Source of the DNA: a virus
Lineage: Duplodnaviria; Caudoviricetes
IMG/VR virus record: IMGVR_UViG_3300017902_000071
Location: 1-25,489 of that record
Length of the DNA: 25,489 bases
Strand: one strand, 5' to 3'
Each line of letters opens with the position of its first letter. Positions within the stretch are counted from its first letter, which is position 1. Below the pieces are notes generated by a model. That model was not told the origin of the DNA. It did not search any database and saw only the letters and a program-made list of their open reading frames with translations. Both the position numbers and the translations under genes were made by a program. Below are positions 1-8,602 of the stretch, one piece after another.

Positions 1-1
1 T

Positions 2-442
2 GCTATCAACACAACTAATACATCAGGTGTTGATCCTACTAATAATCAGACTAGAAATTATCAACTAAATATACAAGGAGACGTTAACTTTAACGGAACT
101 CTTTATCAAAACAATGCTGAGTTTGTTACTTCTCGTTGGACAGAAGCACCCAACGGAAATGATATTTACAGACCATCTAGAGTTGGTATTGGATTCTCAA
201 GTGCAAAGAATCCAGATGAAGCACTAGAAGTTCAAGGTAGTATAGAAGTTACAGAAACACTCAAAGCAAATGGTGACAGTCAGTGGATTGATACTTATGG
301 TGTTATGAAAGCAAATAGAAATACTATTTCTGAAAACATCACAGTCCCAACAAATACCAACTGTGGTAGTTTCGGACCTCTTGAAATTACCAATGGCACA
401 ACTATTACAATATCAAACGGAGCAGCCTGGAGCATCTTATGA
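2..442 (+). CDS. Tail fibre protein, C-terminal part (5' truncated by window)
   Basis: Open frame from base 2 (AINTTNTSGVDP...NRNTISENITVPTNTNCGSFGPLEITNGTTITISNGAAWSIL*). The ending resembles typical cyanophage fibre C-termini. Its TGA overlaps the next ATG (ATGA 439-442). Confidence 0.75.
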   Translation, partial: AINTTNTSGVDPTNNQTRNYQLNIQGDVNFNGTLYQNNAEFVTSRWTEAPNGNDIYRPSRVGIGFSSAKNPDEALEVQGSIEVTETLKANGDSQWIDTYGVMKANRNTISENITVPTNTNCGSFGPLEITNGTTITISNGAAWSIL

Positions 443-1293
443 GCACACTACAAGTCAGAAATATTCAAGGACTTTCTAATTTTAGTAATGAAGTCACTCT
501 CCCCAACGGTCATGTATTAAGAATAAATGGGAACTTAGATGTTCCTGTTTGGAATAATTCTACTAGACCTAGTAGTCCCAATACTGGTTTTATTGGATAC
601 AATAGTGAGGAAGAGGCATTAGAAATTTACAATGGTACAGAATGGCAATCTGCTGGTTCTGCAAAATTGGACGGTTCATCTCCAGATAAAGCATCAACAT
701 CTGGACTACAGTTAGTAACAGATAATCCTGGCATCAGTAGTGGTTTGTATTGGATTAAATCTAGTAATATGCCTAATGCATTACAGATGTATGTTGATAC
801 AACATACGATGGTGGTGGATATGATTTTTATGCTACAAAAGGATCAGGACCTAGTGTAAGTTATGTTACAGACAACCATGCAGGAGTCTCTCTTGGATTG
901 GGATTGTGGGAAGGACGATCTAGAAACTGTTGGTTAGCAGCAACATATGCAGTACAAGCATTAGACTCAGGAAATTTTAACTCATATTGGGAAGGAGTAG
1001 GACATGTTTACAAACCTAACGGTGGTGGTAACTATACTGGTTGTATTATGAGAAGTTCATATTATGGTGGTAATAACTGTAATGAATGGAGAGTAGCAAC
1101 TGGTAACAGATGGTGGATAAGAGACAGCACCCACTCAGAACCTAACGGTGACTATAGTGCTAACGGATTTCAAAGAATTTATGGTGGTAGTAGACCTAGT
1201 GTAGGAAGTGTATCAACTAACATGGGATATAATGATGGTTGGGCATATTCAATAGGAAATTATTATTTACTTTCCACAAACGCAAAAACGTGA
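439..1293 (+). CDS. Short tail-fibre/adhesin-like virion protein with fibrinogen-like C-terminal domain
   Basis: N-terminal fibre module RPSSPNTGFIGYNSEEEALEIYNGTEW, then DGSSPDKASTS..PGISSGLYWI..MYVDTTYDGGGY (fibrinogen-like start) and EPNGDY. Rich in G/N/S/W/Y. Confidence 0.65.
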   Translation: MSTLQVRNIQGLSNFSNEVTLPNGHVLRINGNLDVPVWNNSTRPSSPNTGFIGYNSEEEALEIYNGTEWQSAGSAKLDGSSPDKASTSGLQLVTDNPGISSGLYWIKSSNMPNALQMYVDTTYDGGGYDFYATKGSGPSVSYVTDNHAGVSLGLGLWEGRSRNCWLAATYAVQALDSGNFNSYWEGVGHVYKPNGGGNYTGCIMRSSYYGGNNCNEWRVATGNRWWIRDSTHSEPNGDYSANGFQRIYGGSRPSVGSVSTNMGYNDGWAYSIGNYYLLSTNAKT

Positions 1294-1299
1294 TATAAT
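1271..1299 (+). promoter_or_regulatory. Putative sigma70-type (early/middle) promoter
   Basis: TTTCCA-N17-TATAAT with extended -10 (TGaTATAAT at 1291-1299), just upstream of the 1321 ORF and the oxygenase genes. Confidence 0.55.
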
Positions 1300-1320
1300 A
1301 TAGTTGAGTATAATTTTTTC

Positions 1321-1461
1321 ATGAAAGCTTACATAATTTACATTATCATAGGACTGTTCTTTTTATCTTTGATAAGAACGACTATGACTAGATCTCCTTT
1401 GCAACAGAAGTTACAAGAGAGAAGCGACAGAATAGAACAACTATTTCAAGAATTAGAATGA
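1321..1461 (+). CDS. Small membrane-anchored hypothetical protein (46 aa; not in ORF track)
   Basis: MKAYIIYIIIGLFFLSLIRTTMTRSPLQQKLQERSDRIEQLFQELE*: hydrophobic N-terminus plus short coiled coil. The stop overlaps the ATG at 1458 (ATGA). Confidence 0.65.
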   Translation: MKAYIIYIIIGLFFLSLIRTTMTRSPLQQKLQERSDRIEQLFQELE

Positions 1462-2090
1462 ATCTAATTTTTGATTCTGAGCATGTCAAAGTTTATGATG
1501 ATGTGCTTCCAGCGGAAGATTTTGACATCTTATTTGAGTGGTTTAATAAAATACCATTATTTTTTCCACAGAGTGAAGGTGTGTGGAATGAAGTTTGGGA
1601 TGCCAATACTGATGTATTGAAAGGTCAACCATTTTATTTTCCTACAGGAAAGATTCCTCCTTTAGATGGTATTGATAAAGCTGTCATACCAGTCATAGAA
1701 AAAGTAAGTACCGTAATTCAATACGGTAAAGTTGCTATGTCTCCATATTATTATATGGCAGGATCTGGATTGAGATGGCATAATGATAGCAGTTACAAAG
1801 AAGCATTTACTTTTTATTGTCATAAGCATTGGTCTCCTGATTGGGGTGGAGAATTTATGACAATTGATTTAAAAGAGGAGGATAAAAATATAGTCTGGAA
1901 AAGATTTGACAATCAAGAATTGTTTGATCTTATTGTTTCTAGAGGTATAGGACAATTTTTTCATCCTAAACCTAATAGATTGATAGTCAACTCAGGTATC
2001 TTGCATAAGATCAATGAGACCAATAAAAAAAGTAGTGCTAGATTAACTTTACAAGGATTTATTTCAAATTATGGAACACCAAGTAATTGA
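1458..2090 (+). CDS. 2OG-Fe(II) oxygenase (prolyl-4-hydroxylase-like)
   Basis: HxD motif (LRWHND), W..DWGGE, PKPNRLIV, distal His (ILHKI) and the 2OG-binding Arg (ARLTLQGF). Confidence 0.85.
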   Translation: MNLIFDSEHVKVYDDVLPAEDFDILFEWFNKIPLFFPQSEGVWNEVWDANTDVLKGQPFYFPTGKIPPLDGIDKAVIPVIEKVSTVIQYGKVAMSPYYYMAGSGLRWHNDSSYKEAFTFYCHKHWSPDWGGEFMTIDLKEEDKNIVWKRFDNQELFDLIVSRGIGQFFHPKPNRLIVNSGILHKINETNKKSSARLTLQGFISNYGTPSN

Positions 2091-2760
2091 ATTTTTTCCA
2101 TCTGTATGTGGAGTATATCAATATCCACAGGATAAAATTAAAGATATTAAATTCGTATGTCAAAAAATTAGAGACACTATAAAACCAGGTGATGAAAATT
2201 GTAATCAAAATGCATTGAGTGGTGATCTATTTCATTATTATAATGAATCTAATTCAAGCATATATGATTTTCATCCAGAATTAGAAGACCATAAAAAATG
2301 GGTGCTGGAATGTGCAACTCATTTTTTTACTAAAGTTCACAACTATGTTTTATCAGATGAAAATGAATTGTTGATGACTGATGCTTGGATGAATTATTGC
2401 TTGGAGAGAGCACAACAAGCAGAACATAATCATCATAATTGTTTAATCTCAGGTACATATTATGTCAACTTGGTAGATTGGGTTCATGCACCTTTGATGT
2501 TTATGAAGAGAGAACCAGAGTGCCATCCCTACATTGCTCACGCAAAGGACTGGGACTCCCCTAATAAATATAGTAGGTATGTTGAAGATATCAGACCTAA
2601 AGAGGGAGACCTTCTACTTTGGAAGTCTCATCTCATACATGGTTATCAAGGTAACCTCAACATGTGGGCAGATAGAACATCTATCTCCATGAACTTTATG
2701 CCTAGAATACTAGACAACGGTAAATACTCATTTGTAATTAACAACAGAAACGATGGATAA
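2071..2760 (+). CDS. Putative 2OG-Fe(II) oxygenase (TIGR02466-like)
   Basis: AWMN..EHNHHNCLISGTYY..PKEGDLLLWKSHLIHG..RTSISMN, the pattern characteristic of this cyanophage-abundant family. Confidence 0.85.
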   Translation: MEHQVIEFFPSVCGVYQYPQDKIKDIKFVCQKIRDTIKPGDENCNQNALSGDLFHYYNESNSSIYDFHPELEDHKKWVLECATHFFTKVHNYVLSDENELLMTDAWMNYCLERAQQAEHNHHNCLISGTYYVNLVDWVHAPLMFMKREPECHPYIAHAKDWDSPNKYSRYVEDIRPKEGDLLLWKSHLIHGYQGNLNMWADRTSISMNFMPRILDNGKYSFVINNRNDG

Positions 2761-3040
2761 ATTTCCCAGAAAACGATCTGCCTTCAAAGTATGGATAGAA
2801 GGACGCAATAAAGAACTACAAAATTTTATTGCAAATAGAAAAATTAATTACCCAGAATTGGGAGAACAGTTAGATTGTCTTTGGCATGACATTGACGATG
2901 GTATCTTACCAGGTAAGGAAGGAAGATTTTACAGAAGGATTGCAGATATTAAAAGAAGATATAAATCTCCTAAGTGGGATGTTGAAGAATTTAAGCATTA
3001 TGATTTCTCTAAGGAGCAGTTTGACGAAGACTTAGACTAA
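2753..3040 (+). CDS. Putative tail-fibre assembly chaperone-like protein
   Basis: YPELGEQLDCLWHDI..G.FY..I..IKRRYKSP matches the YP.+.EQLD.L+HD...+K..YPKP motif common next to phage fibre genes. Confidence 0.55.
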   Translation: MDKFPRKRSAFKVWIEGRNKELQNFIANRKINYPELGEQLDCLWHDIDDGILPGKEGRFYRRIADIKRRYKSPKWDVEEFKHYDFSKEQFDEDLD

Positions 3041-3043
3041 ATA
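3036..3043 (+). promoter_or_regulatory. T4-type late promoter (ACTAAATA)
   Basis: TAAATA core overlapping the upstream TAA stop, about 25 nt before the 3068 ATG. Confidence 0.6.
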
Positions 3044-3067
3044 AGAAAAGGAGTCTAGTGTAAAGAG

Positions 3068-4435
3068 ATGGCATCAACATTAAAAACTGATAATTTATCA
3101 ACACTGTCAGGGACAGGTGAAATAAATGTGTTGCAAAGTCTTGGTGTAAATGGTAGTATAGATTTTACAGGAAATTTACTGCAGAATGGACAACCCTTTG
3201 TAACTTTACCAGAACAATCCATAGAAACTATGGGTGCTATGTTAGCATCTGATGGTGTTACAGCATACTGGGCACATCCAAATACATTTGAAAATAATCT
3301 TGGTAGCACTAACATGCCACCAACAGATGCAGATACAGGTGGTATCAACTTACAGAACCCTACTGTACCTAATAATGGACGTTTACCTTTTGATGGAACT
3401 GGTAACTGGTATGATTATCAAGGTAATAGTTATTCAATAAACATAGGATCAGAATTTAAGTACAGAAGTATTTTCACACACGGGTTCTTGATGGGTGGAT
3501 ATAGAGGAGCAAACCCATGGAGAACTGTTAACCAAACATTCCATGCCACAGACGTTACTATATGTCGTGGAGACCAATTAGACAGAGCAGCAACATATGT
3601 TGATGGAAACTTTGGAGACTATAATGGATATGTCTATGGAGGTAACAATGGTTGGGGTGGTAACTCTGCACATACATCATCTATAAATTTACACACAGGG
3701 ACAGGAAGGACAGCAGGATCCTCACCATCATATAATACAACTGATAACTACGGAACTACACCTGACACCATTGGTGTTGGTTGGGACTTATATGGTTCTG
3801 TAAACGATGCTGGTGCTGTATCAGGTCAATTAGTACAGAGAGGTTACATTACAGGTGGTGGTAACCAAGGAAGTAGTGGTTGGGGTAGAATGAACTTTTC
3901 ATCAGAATTGATGTCTAGAATAGGTGGAGGACATACATCTGACTTCTGTTCTGCTACTGAGGGAGAAAACAGAGGTTATAGTCATTCAGATAATGGAAAT
4001 ACTAGGTACATTGAGTTTGCAACCGAGTCTACTGGAAACTGGAACACATCTAATAAAACAGGTGATGGTTGGAAGAAATCTCTATCTACAAAATGGAACA
4101 TTGGTTATCATGGTAACGGTAACAATGTTACACAACAGTGGATGAAATTTACTAGTAACTCTGGAGCATACATATCAACCTTTAACCAGATAGACGTTGC
4201 TTCTGGTGAAGAGAATATGGAAATGGGACAAGACTGGGGATACATGTTAGGTAACTACTCAGGTGGTGGTGGATCTGGTAATGCTCGTCAGAACAATAGA
4301 ACTATGAAAATTTTCCATGCTAATGATAGTATGGCAATGTGTGGATATAAATCAGAACCAAAAGGACACCAAGGACAATCATCAGGAGCATGTGTTACTG
4401 CAGCATTTACCGTAACTGCTACAAGATATCAGTAA
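3068..4435 (+). CDS. Virion-fibre-like protein with C-terminal Kelch-like beta-propeller
   Basis: Fibre-type N-terminus (MASTLKTDNL..GSIDFTGNLLQNG). Six G[YF]xx(G)G-like repeats (THGFLMGG, YNGYVYGG, QRGYITGG, NRGYSHS, NIGYHGNG, DWGYMLGN) interleaved with FHATD/FSSE/FATE/FHAND motifs. Confidence 0.6.
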   Translation: MASTLKTDNLSTLSGTGEINVLQSLGVNGSIDFTGNLLQNGQPFVTLPEQSIETMGAMLASDGVTAYWAHPNTFENNLGSTNMPPTDADTGGINLQNPTVPNNGRLPFDGTGNWYDYQGNSYSINIGSEFKYRSIFTHGFLMGGYRGANPWRTVNQTFHATDVTICRGDQLDRAATYVDGNFGDYNGYVYGGNNGWGGNSAHTSSINLHTGTGRTAGSSPSYNTTDNYGTTPDTIGVGWDLYGSVNDAGAVSGQLVQRGYITGGGNQGSSGWGRMNFSSELMSRIGGGHTSDFCSATEGENRGYSHSDNGNTRYIEFATESTGNWNTSNKTGDGWKKSLSTKWNIGYHGNGNNVTQQWMKFTSNSGAYISTFNQIDVASGEENMEMGQDWGYMLGNYSGGGGSGNARQNNRTMKIFHANDSMAMCGYKSEPKGHQGQSSGACVTAAFTVTATRYQ

Positions 4436-4436
4436 T

Positions 4437-5372
4437 ATGAAAAAGAAACTTAATTTTATTGAGGAAAAAGCATTTGAGGTAGAGTGGACGTCCAAGATAC
4501 CAGCACATATGGTATTGGATGAAGATATACTACGTCCAGAATATGAACCACAACATCCTCTAGAAATAGAAGTTAGGAAGTTTATTAAAGATAAAGAAGA
4601 AGTACAGAAAGGATATATTATCATGGGTCTGTGTGAAGAGGATCTTCGTGCCATGGAATTGAGAGAGCACGAGACAACATACCATAACTGTTATAACTTT
4701 TTCAATATATCAATAGTCAAGATGAAACGTGATGTTTTTGAGACATTGAAGTCTGGTCTTAAAAGATACATTGAATTTACTGAGAAAGAATTACATGATG
4801 GTGTAAACTATGCTGGTGAGATAAGACAATACTCAAAAGATTATATTGCCTCTATGGATGAGAAAGGACAAGTACAATGGAATAAAGGTAAAGTTCCAAT
4901 GAACTCTAAGAAAATTAATAATGCATTGTCATGGATGAGAAAATTAGCAATCTTAGTTGTTGAAAGAGAATTTGAATTAAGATTTAAAAACTTTAAGAAC
5001 TGTCATGATGTAGAAAGTGAGTCATGGGTATATCAATTACCAGAAGCAAGAGCATATAAAGAAAGTTCTGATGCAGAAACACCTTTCTTAGACATACTTG
5101 CAATGACCAGAGGTATGAGAAAAGAGATATTAGTTGACAAAGTATTAGAAAAACACGATGAGTATGTAAGAGCATACGCAGCACTCTTAGGAAAATACCA
5201 TGCTATTCGTTCACAATTCAAACTTGCGGACAATATGTGGGACATGAATATCCTCTGGGAAGACTACCTAAATATAGGTATGCCACGAGTCCAAGCAATG
5301 AAGTTAGGACGAATGGATGATAACATGAATAGATTGAACGGTGAAGTCGCATATGGAACATTCGGATTCTAG
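4437..5372 (+). CDS. Hypothetical protein with C-terminal tail-fibre assembly chaperone-like domain
   Basis: ESESWVYQLPEARAY..AETPFLDILAMTRG..ILVDKVLEK..AALLG matches the E..SW..Q..EA..TP.L..+A..RG...L..K+L motif of fibre-adjacent chaperones. Confidence 0.55.
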   Translation: MKKKLNFIEEKAFEVEWTSKIPAHMVLDEDILRPEYEPQHPLEIEVRKFIKDKEEVQKGYIIMGLCEEDLRAMELREHETTYHNCYNFFNISIVKMKRDVFETLKSGLKRYIEFTEKELHDGVNYAGEIRQYSKDYIASMDEKGQVQWNKGKVPMNSKKINNALSWMRKLAILVVEREFELRFKNFKNCHDVESESWVYQLPEARAYKESSDAETPFLDILAMTRGMRKEILVDKVLEKHDEYVRAYAALLGKYHAIRSQFKLADNMWDMNILWEDYLNIGMPRVQAMKLGRMDDNMNRLNGEVAYGTFGF

Positions 5373-6186
5373 TATTGATTTAAGATCTAAATTATCAAAT
5401 GCTGATATTATAGATGCTGCAGTAAACTTGCAGATGGGACAGACAATGTATCAGAATGATACTTTTGTTGTTGGTTCTCAGATTACTCCTTACAAAAAAG
5501 TTCAACAAGCATTGTTAGAACTAGAAGCAAGACAACATGGATATGTTGAATTGCAGTACAAACATAAGTTATGTACAAACTCCAGAAAGAAATTAGAACG
5601 TGAGTTAAAAAGAGAAAAAGAAAGACCCGACTCAGATGAGTTAGAGGTAGAGAGAATAGAGATAGAAATGGAGAAAGCAAAGTACGATGAGTCTTTGTTT
5701 GAGAAAAAGTATATTACATATGAGAGAGAAATATCTGAGTTCTGTGATATGGTTCGTAATCACATGGACGAGGATAAGGGTATAGAATACTATCGTGTAA
5801 CACAAGAAGACGAGGATAGAAAGTATTGGATTACTAGAATGGCAAAGCAAGCTGCAGTTGATGTACACAACTGTGGTAGGATTGGAAGTGGTAATTTAGA
5901 TTCTATTTTAAATATGCCAGCAGAAGATCAGTTAACTGCTATACAAGGTGCTGTAGAACATGCTACAATGTTAACAGCAGGAGTTGAAAAAATGACACAG
6001 CAACTTCTACCAGAGGTTAGAAAAGTTATTGAAGGATCATTCAAGGACTACTCTGTTCCTAAGTTAATGGCAGAAGTGCCAAAGGTAGAACAACTACCAG
6101 AACCAAAAAATCTTGAAATTAAAACTAGAGTTTTAACTACATTACCAAATGAAAAAATCCGTCTTCAGTCTGCCAATAAATCCTAA
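5353..6186 (+). CDS. Coiled-coil hypothetical protein
   Basis: FVVGSQITPYKKVQQALLELEAR followed by a long E/K/R-rich helix. ATG at 5353 preferred over GTG at 5341. Overlaps both neighbours. Confidence 0.7.
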   Translation: MEHSDSSIDLRSKLSNADIIDAAVNLQMGQTMYQNDTFVVGSQITPYKKVQQALLELEARQHGYVELQYKHKLCTNSRKKLERELKREKERPDSDELEVERIEIEMEKAKYDESLFEKKYITYEREISEFCDMVRNHMDEDKGIEYYRVTQEDEDRKYWITRMAKQAAVDVHNCGRIGSGNLDSILNMPAEDQLTAIQGAVEHATMLTAGVEKMTQQLLPEVRKVIEGSFKDYSVPKLMAEVPKVEQLPEPKNLEIKTRVLTTLPNEKIRLQSANKS

Positions 6187-7876
6187 ACTTGATAAACAGT
6201 TCACGGATGGAATCTTTATACCATGGTTGACAAAATATAAACCTTACATTAAAGACTTATACTTTACATGTAGAATGCCACCCTTCACTCAAGATGCGAT
6301 GGGTGATACTTTTGCTGGAGACATATCTCAGTTAGTTTTTAATGCTCTGGTAATATCAAGAGAAACAGAGATACCTATCTCAGCAACATTTAATAACATA
6401 TATGTTAGACCAGACCAAGAAGGACTAGATCTATTCATTCATAATTTTAGACAAATATACGAAAATTATAATGTTCGTATTGCTACGATACCACACACTA
6501 CATGGGTGTCATCTGGTCAAATACAGTCAGCATTTCCTGACTTAAAAATTAAGAATACTATCATAAGGAATGTTTGTAAGGCAAACGATATCGTAAATCT
6601 TGCTAAGGCTGGCTTTCATTATATCAACTTAGACAGAGATATGATGCGGGACAAGAATGGTTTACTAGAGATAAAGAAAGCAAAGGAATACTGCAAGAAG
6701 ATTGGTAAACCAGTAGAGATTTCATTACTGGCAAATGAAGGTTGTTGGGGTGGATGTAGTGTTATGGATGAGCACTATCATTTTAATAGTACAAGACAAG
6801 GTAAATCTCCACAGTTCTTTATGGATCCTATCAGTACAAATTCTTGTTCTAAATGGGATATAGAAGATCCTTCTTCTGCATTGAAAGCAGCAAACCTACC
6901 TCCATGGAAAGAAGACTGGGAAGAGTTTTTAGATTTAGGTATAGATGTTTTCAAGATGCATGGTAGAGAAAACATGATGAGACTAAAAGAGTCCATGGAT
7001 ATTGTAGAGAGATGGGCACGAGAAGATAAACTTCTATTCCCTGAGTTTGACGAGTACATGGACGATTTACAAGTCAAGGATGCTCCGATAAATTTATGGA
7101 GAGAAAAGATCAAGACATGTAAGTTTGATTGTTGGGATTGTAATTACTGTGAATCTGTTGTAGAATCACACCTCAAGAAGGTAGGAGAAACCTTTGAGAT
7201 AGAAGAATATACACAAAGATGTTTAGATGCTATTGATAATGCTTTATCATTCAAATCTAATTTTGTATCAGAAGGGTATGAGATTCAAGGAATAACATCA
7301 AATAGAGTTAGACATTTTCTAAACAATCTTTGTTCTCACGATGATGCTGTATATCTTGAACTAGGAACATTGATGGGTAGCACATTTTTTGCTGCTACAA
7401 TGGGTAATAGCATAGAAAATATTGGTGTTGATGATTTTTCAGATCCAGAATGTAAACCAATGACAAACAATTTACATTGGAGTGAAGTTGGTAATGCTTT
7501 TGAAGAGTTTCAAAGACACTTTAAAAAATATGAAAACGGAAAGTCAACATTCCTAAAATCTGACATTCTTGATTTGACAGAAGAAGACTTTGAAGGAAAG
7601 AAACCAAACGTAGTATTCTATGATGCTAACCATGATTATGTACAACAATTAAATGCATTGAATCATATAGCACCTTTCCTTGCAGACAAATTTATTTTGG
7701 TTATAGATGATGCCAACTTTGATGGAGTCATAGAATCAGCAATACAATTTGTGAAAGATAATAATTATGATCTTTACTTTGAGAGAAAGATACTCAGTAA
7801 GATTATAGAAAATCCAACTCATTGGTGGAATGGTTTATTTGTAATGGTATTGGAGAAACCAAATGAAGGTAATTAA
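6149..7876 (+). CDS. U32-family (TrhP/RlhA/UbiUV-like) Fe-S TIM-barrel protein fused to a class I SAM-dependent methyltransferase
   Basis: N-part: INLDRDMMRD, EISLLANEGCWGGC, TNSCSKW, GIDVFKMHGRE (cf. U32 LKIEGR) and CKFDCWDCNYC. C-part: VYLELGTLMGSTF, GVDDF, VVFYDANHDY, LVIDD (Methyltransf_24-like). Confidence 0.75.
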   Translation: MKKSVFSLPINPKLDKQFTDGIFIPWLTKYKPYIKDLYFTCRMPPFTQDAMGDTFAGDISQLVFNALVISRETEIPISATFNNIYVRPDQEGLDLFIHNFRQIYENYNVRIATIPHTTWVSSGQIQSAFPDLKIKNTIIRNVCKANDIVNLAKAGFHYINLDRDMMRDKNGLLEIKKAKEYCKKIGKPVEISLLANEGCWGGCSVMDEHYHFNSTRQGKSPQFFMDPISTNSCSKWDIEDPSSALKAANLPPWKEDWEEFLDLGIDVFKMHGRENMMRLKESMDIVERWAREDKLLFPEFDEYMDDLQVKDAPINLWREKIKTCKFDCWDCNYCESVVESHLKKVGETFEIEEYTQRCLDAIDNALSFKSNFVSEGYEIQGITSNRVRHFLNNLCSHDDAVYLELGTLMGSTFFAATMGNSIENIGVDDFSDPECKPMTNNLHWSEVGNAFEEFQRHFKKYENGKSTFLKSDILDLTEEDFEGKKPNVVFYDANHDYVQQLNALNHIAPFLADKFILVIDDANFDGVIESAIQFVKDNNYDLYFERKILSKIIENPTHWWNGLFVMVLEKPNEGN

Positions 7877-8573
7877 TTCAGAGTTATTTGCTATAGCACA
7901 TCCTTCTGCATGGGAGGTAGAACAAAAACATATTGGTAATCATAAAAATAGAATTGTTATAGTCAGTAATTTTTTTAAATATCCTGATGAGATAAAAGCG
8001 TATGCACAATCTATAGATTATACCGCAACATATCAAGGAGAAGTTACAAATCTGCCAGGTTATATTCATTACATGAGTATACACAAGAGATCTATCTACG
8101 AACCAATGAAATTTATATGCTCAAAATACTTTGAAGGTAGTAATGAGATCATGAGATTTCCTGATGAGACTAGGTTTGGATTTCAGATATATGATATGCA
8201 AGAGAAATGTAGATATCAAAGTTTGTTTCCACATACTGATGAGGTAAGATATGCTGGTGTGTTATCTCTAAACACAGAAGATGACTATGATGGTGATGAT
8301 AATGGCACATCATTTTTTAGAAGTGAAGAGACAGGAGAGGAGACTACATTATATGATAAAAATTATAGAGCAAAAAGATTATTAAATCCTGTACAGGCAA
8401 TGGTAAACTTTGATCCATCTCAAGTAAAGCATAAAGAATGGACAAGATATCACATAGAACCACATGAATTTAATAAGTTAATCATGTACGAAGGTAACCT
8501 TTGGCACTCAATTCATTTTCAACAAAAGAAATGGAACTCAAATAGAATGACTTTTAATGCTTTTATCCGATAA
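7863..8573 (+). CDS. 2OG-Fe(II) oxygenase-like protein (DUF6445-like)
   Basis: NFFKYPD, PG, PHTD (HxD), YAGVLSL, GTSFF, FNKLIMYEGNLWH, RMTFNAF. Confidence 0.8.
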   Translation: MKVINSELFAIAHPSAWEVEQKHIGNHKNRIVIVSNFFKYPDEIKAYAQSIDYTATYQGEVTNLPGYIHYMSIHKRSIYEPMKFICSKYFEGSNEIMRFPDETRFGFQIYDMQEKCRYQSLFPHTDEVRYAGVLSLNTEDDYDGDDNGTSFFRSEETGEETTLYDKNYRAKRLLNPVQAMVNFDPSQVKHKEWTRYHIEPHEFNKLIMYEGNLWHSIHFQQKKWNSNRMTFNAFIR

Positions 8574-8576
8574 ATA
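8569..8576 (+). promoter_or_regulatory. T4-type late promoter (GATAAATA)
   Basis: ATAAATA overlapping the upstream stop, upstream of the 8603 ATG. Confidence 0.65.
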
Positions 8577-8602
8577 TAATTGGACAAAGTATAAATGGTC
8601 TG

